Part shown: positions 27,846-40,516 of the stretch, one piece after another
How positions within the stretch are numbered: the stretch's first letter is position 1
Layout of the letters: each line of letters starts with the position of its first letter
Assembly (NCBI RefSeq): GCF_036321535.1
Contig: NC_087436.1
Location: 76,262,001 to 76,326,000, forward strand
DNA length: 64,000 bases
From: Camelus dromedarius
Lineage: Eukaryota
Direction of reading: 5' to 3'
Translations under genes and position numbers: made by a program
The notes under the pieces: model-generated
What the model was told of the DNA's origin: nothing
Seen by the model: the letters and a program-made list of their open reading frames with translations, nothing else
Databases searched by the model: none

Positions 27846-28487
27846 TCTTCCTTTTTTTTTTTAATTGAAGTATAGTTGACTTACAATATTGTGTTAGTTT
27901 CAGGTATGTAGCAAAGTGACTCAGATATATAAATATATATATATACATATACATATATGAATTCCCTTTCATACTCTTTTCCATTATATATTACAAGATA
28001 TTGAATATAGTTCCTTGTGTTACACAGTAAATCCTTGTTGCTTAACCATTTTATATATAGTAGTATATATCTGTTAATACCATACTCCTCTTTCCTCCCC
28101 TCCTCTTTCCCCTCTGGTAACCACAAATTTGTTTTCTATGTCTTGTGAGTCTGTTTCTGTTTCTGTTGTGGAAATAAGTTCATCTGCCTGTTTTCTAGAT
28201 TCCACATATAAGTTATATCATATGGTATTTTTCTTTCTCTTTCTGGCTTACTTCATTTAGAATGACGATCTCCAGGCCCATCCACTTTGCTGCAAATGGC
28301 AATATTTCATTCTCTTTATGGCTCAGTAATATTCCATTTATGGAATGTATACCACATCTTCTTTATCCAATAGTCTGTTGATGGACATTTAGGTTGTTTC
28401 CATGTCTTGGCTATTGTAAATAGTGCTGCTGTGAACACTGGGGTGCATGTATCTTTTCGAATTAGTTTTTGTCTTTTCCAGATATAT
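27846..28487 (-). mobile_element. 5'-truncated LINE-1 with perfect 17-bp TSD
   Basis: L1 3' end. CATGGCATATTTTTCTT at 27829-27845 and 28488-28504. Confidence 0.95.
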
Positions 28488-28908
28488 CATGGCATATTTT
28501 TCTTAGTGAGAATTCTTCATCTGTCATTTATTTTTCCTTGCCCTTCTTTTCTCTTTTAATTGTTAAAATATTTGGGCTGAGATAGTTACATACTTTAATA
28601 CAATTAAAATTGAGGATATCCTCTATTTAGCAGAATTTCCTCTTATTTAAGAGCCTCAGTACCTGTAGATAGCATTTTCTCAACGAAAAATATTATAGTC
28701 TACAGAGGAATCAACTGAGTGTCAACAATTTTAATTTTATTAATCACAAAATGCAATTTTAGAGAAATTTGCAGGCAATTTTATTAAATGATTAAAATAA
28801 TATAATATTGAAAAAATATATTCTTTAGAAAAGTGCCCATGACACAGTGTAAGAGCCAGATACAGCTAAGAAACTAAAGAATGTGAATATGAACCAATAA
28901 TAACTAGC

Positions 28909-29109
28909 TTTTTTTTTTGATCACCTTCACCCATTTCCCCCATCCCCCAGTTCCCACCTCTGGCAACCACCAATCTGTTCTGTTTCTACAAATTCGATAT
29001 TTTTAGATTCCACGTATAAGTGAGATCATACAATATTCATCTTTCTCTGACTTATTTTACTTAGCATGATACCCTCAAGGCACATCCACGATGTTGCAAA
29101 GGGCAGGAT
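28909..29109 (-). mobile_element. Older L1 (L1MA-like) 3' fragment
   Basis: cctctggcaaccaccaatctgttc...tagattccacgtataagtgagatcat...acttagcatgat. Confidence 0.8.
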
Positions 29110-30956
29110 AACCTGTTTACTTTTGAATGTTCAGATAGTTAATATAAAGACATTTTTCTTTTGCTTTAATATACAAATGTTATTTTTATATTTTTAGCAT
29201 GAATTTTATTTTCAAAAAGAGCTGTTAATAGAAATATTTCACTTGGACAGCCAATATAATAAACCAAATTGTAAGTCAATATATATATTTTGAAGAAATT
29301 AAATAATTTTAACTACTTTTAGTGCCCTATTTCATTCTCAAAAATATCCTGGTTTGGGGTTCTTATATGGACATACTTCCTAGAAGGTATGTTTGTGAGA
29401 GACTTGGATTTAACACAACACTTGAGCCTAAGAAGTGACAGAGGAGGGCTGGTTTCAGGCAAATTGTAAGACTGGTCTGGGAACCCGCTTCTGAGCCCCT
29501 TGCCCTAATGTAGTGAGTGTGCCGTACCTGCTTGGGTGCAAATTAAAAGTACTTTGTCAATAAACAGGGGTAGTATTGAGAGCCCAGGCCTCCTGTGGCA
29601 AGGAACAGACATAGTTGAACAGAAGCCCAGGAACAGAGAGTGTACTTTCCTTCCTCCCTCAACTGGCCCCCAGCCCCAGCACATTGCACTAAGACACTGT
29701 CACCAGGTTGGCATCTCTCTGTCATTGCAGCAGTAGCCTCTCCTCACGGGGTGAATTCTTTCTCAGGATGTTCTTAGGTTCTTCATGTAGAGAAAGCTGC
29801 TGGGACTGACCCATGTCTTTTCTATGTCATGTCTGACACGTGACCAAATATGTCAGCACTACCATGGGTGGAGTTTATCTTCAAAAAGAGACCCCTTCCC
29901 CAACATGCATGAAATGAAGTGGTGCTTAGTAACTGAAGAAAAAAAACAAAACACTTTTCATAGATCTTAAAGATTAGTCCAAGAAATCTTGGAAAACAAG
30001 GCCATTATTATCATACTGCTTTTTTAAAAATTTGCTTATATTCCATGTATTTCTCAAAGTATAACATTACCACTGCTACAGTCCCATGGTCATTAGTTCA
30101 TTTTGGTTATTCTGAGATCTAGATTGAATAGATTTTGATGTGCTTAAAATTTCTCAAATCATTTGAAAGACTGTTCATGTGCTCATGAAAAGCCAGCATG
30201 GAGCAAGTCAACAGGGCCTTCTTCCTAAGATGTACATCTGAGTAGGGTGCCGGCCCATGTTTGTTTCATGTGAGTGATGTCTTGATTCCCAAAGACTTTA
30301 TTTCACTTCTTGCTCTCATTTGCTAGGAAGCAGTGAAATGGGGACACTTTTCATATAAATGTAGAAGCAAGGAGATGTGATATTATCATTTATTTATTCA
30401 TTATAAGGACACTTAGAGGGATAGAATGCTTGAGGAAGGTAAAAAAATGTCATCTTTAGTAAGAGGATCTCAAACAAGGCCTCTTTTCCTTAGTTTGTAG
30501 GTACTATTCAAAGAATCTGAAGTGTCATAACCCTGTAATCTTTGAAAAGCTATTTTCCTTCATTTTTTCCCTAGTAATTTACACATACCTCTTCTTTATA
30601 CCCACTTTGAAATCAATTAGCAGACACTACTTACATGTCTACTTCTTCAGTTAACTCATTTGTAACAGATTTTTCTATCGGGAATATGGTTTCATGCTTG
30701 CTTTATGCAGCTCTGGCAAGCCCCTTTCCAACTAGTTATGTGACATTTCACTCTTCTTAACAGAGTGGATGTGATGAGAGAATATTCACAGCCAAAGTTT
30801 AAGCAATTAAAGGAACATTGATTTCCATAGGCAATCACTGAAAAACTGGATGTTTACACCAACTGTCAGGATTTTGTCTAGGCAAGATAGAGATGACTTA
30901 ACTTTGGGCCTTTCTATCTTCATTTCCTTATTTACCTTAAAAAGAGAAAGAGGAGT

Positions 30957-31333
30957 GTGTTTGCTAGGGCTGCCGTAACAAAGTACCACAGACTGGGAGA
31001 CTTATTTTCTCACAGTTCTGGTGGTTCAGAGTCCGAGATCAAGGTGTTGGCAGGGTTGGTTTCTTCTAAGGTCTCTCTTCATGGTTTGCAGATGGCTGTC
31101 TTCCTCCCGTATATTCACACGGTCTTCCCTCTGTGTGTGTCTGTGTTCTAATCTCCTCTTCTCATAAGGATTAGGGCTCAGTCATATTGATTAGGGCAAA
31201 TTCTAATGACCTCATTTTAACTTCATTACCTCTTTTAAAGACCCTGTGTCTAAGGAGAGTCTTACTCTGAAGTGTTGTTGGTTAGAACTTCAACAGGTGA
31301 ACCGGGGGGATGCGCATAATTCAGCCCATAATA
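30957..31333 (-). mobile_element. MaLR solo LTR (MLT1A/C-like)
   Basis: ttgctagggctgccgtaacaaagtaccacagactggg...gtccgagatcaaggtgttggcaggg...aattcagcccataa. Confidence 0.9.
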
Positions 31334-33109
31334 GGAACCATGCCTATTACTTTTATATTTCAATAACAGTACTTTAAAAAATGGCATTGTTTCTCCTTCT
31401 TGCACTTTAAAAGTAATGGAACATGTCTAAGATTGTAGGACATCTACATAGGTAAGTATAAATCTTGTTGGCATTTTAATTTTCTCACTGGAAATCTTGT
31501 TTCCATGTGCAAGTACTAAAGGTTCCGGGAGATTTTTTTCATTATTGCTCTCCTTATGAAAGCAGCTGTTCAATGAACACGGCATATTTTGTTACCTCAT
31601 CAAGTAGCAGAGGAAGATTATGTTGTGATCGGGTTTTGTATGGCTATAGTCAATGCTTTGCTGATTGTCTGAGCCCCAGTGATTGATTTAATAGGTCTAC
31701 TCCAGGGCAGTTACTCATCCCTGATATTTGTCCAACTCAAAGCTCTGCATTATTTATGTAAACGATGCTTTATATGCCTTCCATGAAGATAAATCCAAGT
31801 TGACAGAGCTGTTTAAGAGATGAGTGTACCTCCCAATTGGGATTACGGTCACAGAATTTATCTTTATCAACTTTCATGTTCCTTCACTGGCAAATTGGGA
31901 GCTTTGGAGGATAAGAGGATAAGATATGATTGGGAGAATCTATTTTCTGCTCTGAAGGTAGTATTTTGGCATTTCAGAAGACTGTGCATCTAGGAAGACT
32001 TCAGAACACAAACAAAGGAAAACAGGCTTAGTAACAGATGATTTATCTTTGAAAGATGAAAACACCTCTAAACCATAGAGAAAATCTTAAACTAGAGTCT
32101 TTTAGATACACTCAGCACTTGAAAACTGTTCTTAAGTGTAATGAGATGTGTTTTTAGCTTTGGCCAGGAATTTTTTCTTTTACATGGTAGGACATGAACC
32201 TTATGTGTTCTTTACGCATGTGATTGTCAGAAGATCAAAAGTGTACCTGTGATTTCTGGTTTAAAAATGATGGATTGAGGTCTATGAATTCTTTTATTAA
32301 AAAAAATCATCCAAGAACCAAAAAAGAAAGAGGAGAAAAAAGTAATGCAAACTTGATCTCTGATAGAACTGGGAGATATATGAAACCTCAAACAATTATA
32401 ACAAAGTAGGAAAAAAGGAACTGCCAAAAGCAGTAAAGGCCAGCTGGGACAGATGAGCATGTGAAGAGAAGACCTGTATAGTGACAGAGCTCAGCAAAAG
32501 CTCAACACAGCTCTCTCAAATAAGTGTGCAACGGTGAAATTTAAATAATACATATTTTATTTACAACAATGGGAACAGGGAACATCTCTGGATGCTTGGA
32601 AGTGAAGTCAGGGTCAACTGTGGAATCACATGAACAACCCATATTCACAGAAAGTAACCTCTGGTCGTAGGAAAAAGGAGGCGAGACCCTTTATATTGTA
32701 AGCAGTGCTGCAGTTTGTTAGCAGGGAAGATGTAACAGCTAAATTAAGCCATGCGCCCAGGCCGCTCTGTCATTAGCAGAACTGCGGGGAGTCTGCACCA
32801 TAGCTTTATCCACTCTTCCATCAAATCCCAGAATGCTGATAGGGAGGGTGATCATTTGAAAGATGAGTGATCATAACAGGAACCAGCAGAGACTTTAAAC
32901 AAGGCTATTGCAGGGGGAAAAAAGAGGTAAAGAAACAGAAAAATACAGAAAACAGAAAAAAAAAAAACCCCAAATATTAGGAGAAGAACATTCACCAATA
33001 AAAATACACCAAGGAGGTGATAAAAATCATGACCACATATGTCATCAAGAATTAGTAAAAACCCTTAATGAGACAGTACGTATATAAGAGCTCAGGAAAG
33101 ATGCCCCTC

Positions 33110-33540
33110 TAGAGACACTCCTTACTCTTCTTTATCCTGATCCGTTCTCCAGGAAGCTGACCTCTGAACTATTCAAAAGGCTTCCTTTTCCCTAGCTTCT
33201 AGTTGGGCTTGGCCAACTGAGAGTACTAGAAGCAGGATGGAGGGGGTGAGGAGACTAGGTCGTTATTCCCTTGGGTCCCCTAGTGGGGTCATACTGGGCT
33301 GGCTGGGTCCTTTGACTAAGTAAGGAGAGACTTTTAAATGGCTCTGTCTTTGGGTTCCAGTTACTACTCCCTCCCTTTGCCCCTTCAGACCTATAGTCAG
33401 TAACAGTGGCCCCCAAGGAGGTACTGCACTAACCCTCATGTGCTCCCTGCATTCTGCCTTCACCTTTATAAGCAATCCCTTTAGTAATTTTCTTCAATTT
33501 GAGTGTGCCATCTATTTTTTGCAAAGATCCTAAGACAATG
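33110..33540 (+). mobile_element. ERVL solo LTR (LTR33-like)
   Basis: ttctagttgggcttggccaa...ctttgccccttcagacct...tttgagtgtgccatcta terminus. Confidence 0.7.
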
Positions 33541-33544
33541 AAAA

Positions 33545-34450
33545 CGGCAAAGCTCAGAAATTAAACACTATAGAAATGAGCCAGACTGGAAGCAGCACAA
33601 AGGAAAATAGATTCTTCTGAAAACACAGGCACAATTAATGGTAGGAATTAGAAAAGGTATAATATGAAATTAAAATATAGTTTTAAAAGATAAGAGAGAA
33701 AAGAATAGATATGGAAGACATGCAAATCAGTGTCATGGACAAAGAGAACAAAAATAATGTAACCAAACAAATATTTAAAGATGTAACTCAAGATAACTTA
33801 TCAAAAATAAAAGTTGAACCTACAGATGGGATGCATATACCACAGCCAAGAGAAAAAAATAGCACAGATGTTCAATACTCAAACCTATCCTAGTAAAGTT
33901 TCATAGTTCAATATATATTTATTTATAGCCTGCATCCAGATAAAAAGATTAAGATATTTAAAGTGGAAAAATGCAGGACAGCCTCAGATTTCCCTATAGC
34001 AATACTCAAAACTGTAAAACAATCATAGCCAAATAAGTCTTGAAAAAAGAGTGGCTCAAGAATCTTTATACCTAGACAAACTGCAATTCAACATAAAGGC
34101 AACAATTTTGAACGTACAGGAACTCAGGGAATATAAGTTTTTAAGTTCTTTTTAACTTCAGCCTTCCTTTGATAGATGGAGAAACTACAACAAAAAGATT
34201 GATTATGGGAATTGAATCCATTGTCCCTGCAACTAAGATCAAAACAAATGTGAGAATTATGGTAAAAATTAGACTGTAAATGTCAAAAATTAGACCATAT
34301 AGAAATTATATATCCAACAAAAGTAAGTAAATGAGGAGGGAGCAGTAAGAGGTGGAATAAATATGCTTATCATAAGATAGAGATATTATTTAAAACTTGT
34401 AAATAGAGATATAGGGATATTTAGAGATATAAAGGTAGATTGATGTTGGT
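33545..34450 (+). mobile_element. Ancient L1 ORF1-like / HAL1 remnant
   Basis: A-rich ORF1-like text (atcctagtaaagtt, gcctcagatttccctatagcaatact, gaacgtacaggaactcagggaata). Confidence 0.55.
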
Positions 34451-34454
34451 GGTG

Positions 34455-34920
34455 TCAGGAACAGATGACATGCTCAAAAAGGGTGACTGAAGAGATTTTA
34501 ATGAAGGTCTGATTATAAAGGCCTGAGAAGAACACCAGAGATGAACAAGGGGTGATGTAGCAACACCACGAAGCCACTAGTACTTCTGGGCCTGAAGGGG
34601 CAAGAGGAGGAAACTGTTTCCAGGATACGTTAGCAAAGAATGAGGCATTCTTCAAGTTTATAAATAATGGTATTGGCAGAAGTGCTGTAGACTAGGAGGG
34701 AAATTCATATCCAGAATAAGTTTATGTTTCTATAAAGGCAAATTGCTATACCTTCCATGAGAGAAGGGATACACAGTGATCAGCCTGCTACCGTGTTGGG
34801 CATTTGACAGTGGTGGTAGTCAGATCGGCTTTGGTGAGAGGAAAATCATGTTGTTCAGCTCATATGTAGTCTCCATCCCTGACACAGTGGACATTTTTTA
34901 CATGAACCTATTGGCGAGTA
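34455..34920 (-). mobile_element. ERVL relic: LTR33/41-like piece (34455-34620) plus degenerate integrase fragment (34662-34916)
   Basis: Minus-strand translation VHVKNVHCVRDGDYI*AEQHDFPLTKADLTTTTVKCPT...LLSWKV*QFAFIET*TYSGYEFP resembles ERV-L integrase. Confidence 0.75.
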
Positions 34921-35626
34921 TTTAGGTTACTGGAGAAATAGGCCAAATGGTATATAGATATGTTTCCTATAAGCAGCATATTGCCAAACTGTGTATGTGT
35001 GTGTGTGTGTGTGTATTCAGTCTGATAATACAGTTATATTTACTGTGATATTTTGTACATTTGTATTTTTTTCTGGAAGGAATACATGTCCTGTTTGTTA
35101 CTCTTGTTGTCTGTTTGTATTAAGTTTTTGTTTACTCTTGTCTTTCTGTCCAATGTTTTGACAGTGACAAATCTGCCTCCTCACAGACACAGTCCATGAC
35201 TACAACCAGGCCTTATTCTTTCTGCTCTGCCAGGGCATTACTATGAGATGTCAGAAATGGCTTAGTTTCTAGGCATTAGGCTATATATTTTTCCCCACTA
35301 CCCAACTCCCTGTAAATCTGTTATCTGAACCATCAAGTTGACAACACTTTTTTCAGCCTTTTATCAGGAGATACTGACTCCAGTTACCTGATTGCCCTGG
35401 ACCTTTTTCATTTCCTATCATCCCAAAGGATGCTTTTCTGCTGCTGTCTGCTCCCAGATCTGTGGCTCATGGTGCTCATGTGTTTTGGTTTTTATGGTCC
35501 ACAAAGATGTTTATCTTACTATTGAATATTGAACCTGGCTAAGTTGTTTTGGTCATTCTTTTTTATATTTTATCCATCTTCACTATCTATAGAGGGCAGG
35601 AGTTTGCCAATGAATGAACCCACTTT

Positions 35627-35996
35627 ATTTTTTTTTAATTCCAGTAACTTTATTAGATTGCATCCATGAACTTCAGTATAGATAATGTTCATATTATAAT
35701 ACTGTGATTAAAGATTTTAATAGTAAAACAATCAGGTTTCATGTGAAGTTCTGAGGCCCTCAGAACTGGACACTCACTAAAAGTATCTGCTTTCAGGCTA
35801 AGTTCTAGATCTCCTCTTCAATATCTGAAAAAGTCAAGTTAAGGTCTAAGTATATATTCAGAAACCATAGTAAAACTGAGAAATAATCAAACTAAAGTTA
35901 AATTGGCTACAAAAATCTCAATTGTGCCTAGATCATTCAATTTAAGTCTTGCTTCTGTTTATATTATTCTTATTTATTTAATCTCTAAAAGACTAC
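35627..35996 (-). pseudogene. Retroposed non-L1 insert (3'UTR-like processed fragment or orphan transduction)
   Basis: 12-bp TSD TGAACCCACTTT (35615, 35997), AATAAA 12 nt before a poly(A), TT/AAAA target. Confidence 0.8.
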
Positions 35997-38900
35997 TGAA
36001 CCCACTTTTAATGAATATCTCTTACCCACTATCTACCAGTTAGTGGTTAAAGAATAAAGAGAAATATCTGAATATTTAAATATTTGTACCTATTGAACTT
36101 AAGAGCTACTTTAACTGTCGATATTCATTGGGTATTGTGTGTCCTTAGTCCTTTGTGTTTAATTACTATTAAAATATGAATTATTGTTCACAATAATAAT
36201 GTTGCATTCACCCATTTTTGGCAAATTTTACACTGTATCATATGTAAGACCTCTTGGCACTTGTTATATGGGGAAGTGGTAATGAAAGTAATGAACATAA
36301 ATAGGGATAAAATAGGGATAAAAGTAATGTTCTAGATTTTGGTTCCAAAATCCATCTATAGTAATAGAGGACAGCAGAGATGTGATTTAATGGAAGCATA
36401 CATGGCAAGGATGTTAGCACTTTAGGTGAATAAAAGTCCTGTATGAATTATCAATATAAGTCTGCCAAAAAAATCTAATTCAAGTTAGACACAATAATAG
36501 AAATATAGTGATGAGAAAGATTGTTGGATAGTCCCCCCTTGCTCACTACTAAATGTTTACTCAATACTAAACATTGACTATTACTGTCAATTCCAAATGC
36601 CACACTATAAAAGAAACTAACCTGGAGCTTATCTAGAGAAAAGAAATCAAAATGTTAAAAGGTTTGAAAAACTATTATAAATAAGGAACATTTTAAGATA
36701 TGAGCTTTGAAGGAATTTATAGGTGTCTTCAAATATTTCAAGGATATTAATATGAATAGAAGATTAATCATACTTCGTGTAGTTCAAGAAGACAGAACTA
36801 GAATGGATAGCTGTATGTTCCAGGTTTTCTAGTTCTAAAAAATTAGAATTTTTTAGGAATTTCATAAATATTAGAATTTTGGGGAAAAAATTCAGCTGTC
36901 TTTTCACTGTAACAAGTTTCATTGACGTTGTTCGGGTTAATGCTAACCGATGTTATAATAGATTCACACCTTCAACTGAAGATTGTATCAATATTTTTTC
37001 CTTTGAGGTTCTACCATTTACCAAGTTATATACCTCACTAAACATATTCATTTTTATAAACCCTTGTGAATTCCATTCCTGCATTATGTGTCAAATTTCC
37101 TTTCATTTGCTCTGACTTTACAAATGTTGTTCTATCCCATTTTTATCCATCACTGCCTTTGCTTTGCTTATCTCTTCTTGTCTATAAATCTCAGCCCCAA
37201 TGTGACTTCTTCCTAGAAGCCTTCTTGATTTTTTATTGTTGTTGTTGTTACAAGTCTATCTCCCCACTAAGTCATTAATTCCTTAAGATAAAATACTGTA
37301 AATCCTATAAATATACCTATCACTCTATACAGTGCTTGACATAATGGATAGATGGATGGGTGGATTAATTAGTTGATTAAGATTTGTATCATTCTAGCCT
37401 AAACAGAGACAAGACATATGTCAGCATTTCTGCAAAAGAAGCAAGACATATAGAAAGAAAGTGGCCAACGTCAAGGCATATTGTTTTTGGACCAGGAAGT
37501 AAAATAGCTCTACGATAATAACAAGGTAACAAAGGACAACAGAAAAAAATTTAAATTGAAAAGAAAAGCTGTAGAAGCTTGAAAGGGAGAGTAAAAATAT
37601 GTGCTTGTAAACAACTAATATCCCCTTTGTGTATTACTTGTTTTCTATGGTCAATTCAACTCAAATAGTCTTTGATTATAATAATTTTGCATGAAGATTC
37701 AATTTTACTGATGATGTAAGAGACTAGAACACTCTAGAGAGAAAATTCTATTTTATTGATATATTTCTAAAATATCCCATTTAATAAATAGCACTTTACT
37801 TCTTTTACAATGTGAAAGGCACCTGCATTTTATATTGGAAATGTATGGGCCAAGTTTCTATGTGACCAAATAAATCACTACTGTGCTTTCATTTGATAAC
37901 TTTACCCTTATGTAATCCTGTAGATATGAAAGTATATATGGGAAACACCAAGATAATTGTTTTATGGAGGGAAACTAGTATTCTCTCATGCCTGTAGCCT
38001 TTAAAAAAGATAAAAAGAAGGAAAAAAACCTTATTAGTGCATGCTTGGAAAACAATTGCATTCATTTTCCTGGCAGAAGATTAAATTATTGTACATTATA
38101 GTGTGCATGTCTATGATAAGTAGGTTACTATAGATCATTTCAAGAGAAGGTGGAGGAAAGACTGCACTAACATCAGCTTCTCTGGTATTTGCAGGCTGTA
38201 AATTTCTTTAAATGATAAATGTAAAGATGGAAGACAGCTGGACAGAGGAAAAGACAGAATCAGATACTGGATGAGTTAGTACTGCAGCGCATGCTCCAGC
38301 GCTGTCTTATTACCACAAGGCTAGCAAACATCAAAGCCCCCACATCCCCCACTCCCTCCCCCTGAAATGTACCGATTTATATGAAAATTAAGATTACAAA
38401 TTAAAGCCTGGCTATCCTGGAGTTTTCCAGTTCATCAGCCATCCAATAAAAATGATGTCAAGCCTGTATGCATAATTCCCAGAAGATTACTTTGTCCTTA
38501 CAGCTAAGCCCTGTCCCTGATATGAAAGATCTCTATCCACTTTTATTGAAATAAAGAACTAACATCATAATCCCAATATTGAGGTATAATCTTCATTATC
38601 TCCTGACCCTCTTGAGGTTCCCCCAATCTATATTACTTCAGATTTGTTTATTTATAATCCTTATGTATTTACCTTTATTGAGATAGGATTAAAAACTGAA
38701 AAAAAAAAAAAGCTCCAAAAAATCCTTATGATCTCATGATTGAGTTTCAGTTCACCAACAATCAACTAATGTGTTAGACTGAGTTTGTTTTTTTTTTTTT
38801 TTTTTAAAGTGGCTCTTATGGTTGTATAGTCTAAGCTTGGAAAGGCATTAATTGGTCCCCGGAGTGTTGCTGTTTCATTAAATGAATTATTTCAATTCCA

Positions 38901-40475
38901 ACCTGGTTTGAGAAATGATGGTAGCCTCCTCTTTTCCTGTTTACTAAAAAAGGTGGGGGTGGGCGGTGTATGAAAAGATAAACACCGAGATGATAATCCA
39001 GAGTAACTTCTACCTCTTTTCTTAGGAAGTTTTGATTCATACCTATAGTTAATTCAGGTAAACCACAATCCCCCAACCATTTTTCCCCCCTGGAGCCTTA
39101 ATGGCCTCTGGCTATGCCTCGAGCTGTTAACTACCACACTACTCATTAATGCTGGTCAAAATGATTTCTTGGAGATTATTGCTCATTTTTTTAAATAGGC
39201 AAAACAGACTGTTCTGCACAAAGAATGAAATGGCACTATGAGCCATTTTTTCCCCTTTCAAAAAGCATAAACACCTATGATTACCGCATTTTACTGTGTA
39301 TTTTTAAGACATTTCAAATATTTTTTTACTTGTATTTCCAAAGTGAAAACTGGGTTTGCAATTTACTGGTTTTTCACTGATAATCATGTTTTCTTACTTT
39401 ACATTAATTTTCATTGTCATATTTGGAGAAACACATCTTGATTAAGAGATTTGGTAAGCATTCCTGGTTATTCGTACCTCTTATTTTTACCTTTTGTGCA
39501 AGAATATATTAAGATATTATTTGGCTTTCAGATTTGAAAACAGAGGAAATATGTACAGACTTCACTACTGGCATAAAACTGCACTGGAATATTTCTTCTT
39601 AAAATAACATATATTCTTTGATTGTAAAGGACTCTTGTCTTACCATTATGATAAAAAGTGGGGTTTTGTAGAACTTTCATTGGCTCAATTATTCCTCATC
39701 TGTGAGCCCTTTAATTTCATTCATTCATGCTTTTTACTTGAGTACCTGCTGCTCTTGCCTGGACACACTCAGAGATAAATCAGGAAAGAACAGGGAAGAC
39801 AGGGAAGACAGAAACAGCTTATGATCACTAAGTGATTTTTGTATAAAGTGATATTCAAATATAAAGTCCTGTATTAGAATTATTAGCCTTACTAAAATGT
39901 TTATGCACCAACTAGAAGGGAAGTAACTGGAACCAATATTATTGTACACCTAATATTTTCTGGATATTGGTCTGAGTAATTTACATAAATTTTCTTATTC
40001 AAACCTTGTAACGACTTTACAGTCCTTATAGCAACTCTACAATTATTCCTATTTTATAGATGTATAAATTGGGACATTAAGATTATCAAAGATGTGGGAG
40101 AAAGAACAAGAAAGAATTGAAGGAAAGATGCAGAAAGTAAAGTTTCAGGTAAACATTTCTTCTTAGTACTCTGTCCCTTCATTTGTTCATAGATAAGAAG
40201 TGCATTCTTCCTTTCCTTTGAATACTGTGGCCTAAGGTAGCAAGACATCCCAGAGTCCCAGTTTAGATCTCACAGTTGACAGGAGGAGAATACTGATGAA
40301 GAAGGTTTATCCTACCAATCAGCGATTCATCTGAGTTAAATATAAATATTCCTTAGAGGGGCAAGCCTGCCAGTTATGAGTAATTTTGTGTGAATTTAAA
40401 ACAATGCTTATTACTAGTTATGATGTAGGATCAACCTATCAATTGATCTGTTGATCGACTGATCGGTCTGTCTGC

Positions 40476-40516
40476 CTATCTATCTATCTATCTTATCTAT
40501 CTATCTATCTATCTAT
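40476..40516. repeat. (CTAT)n tetranucleotide microsatellite
   Basis: ctatctatctatctatcttatctatctatctatctatctat. Confidence 0.9.
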
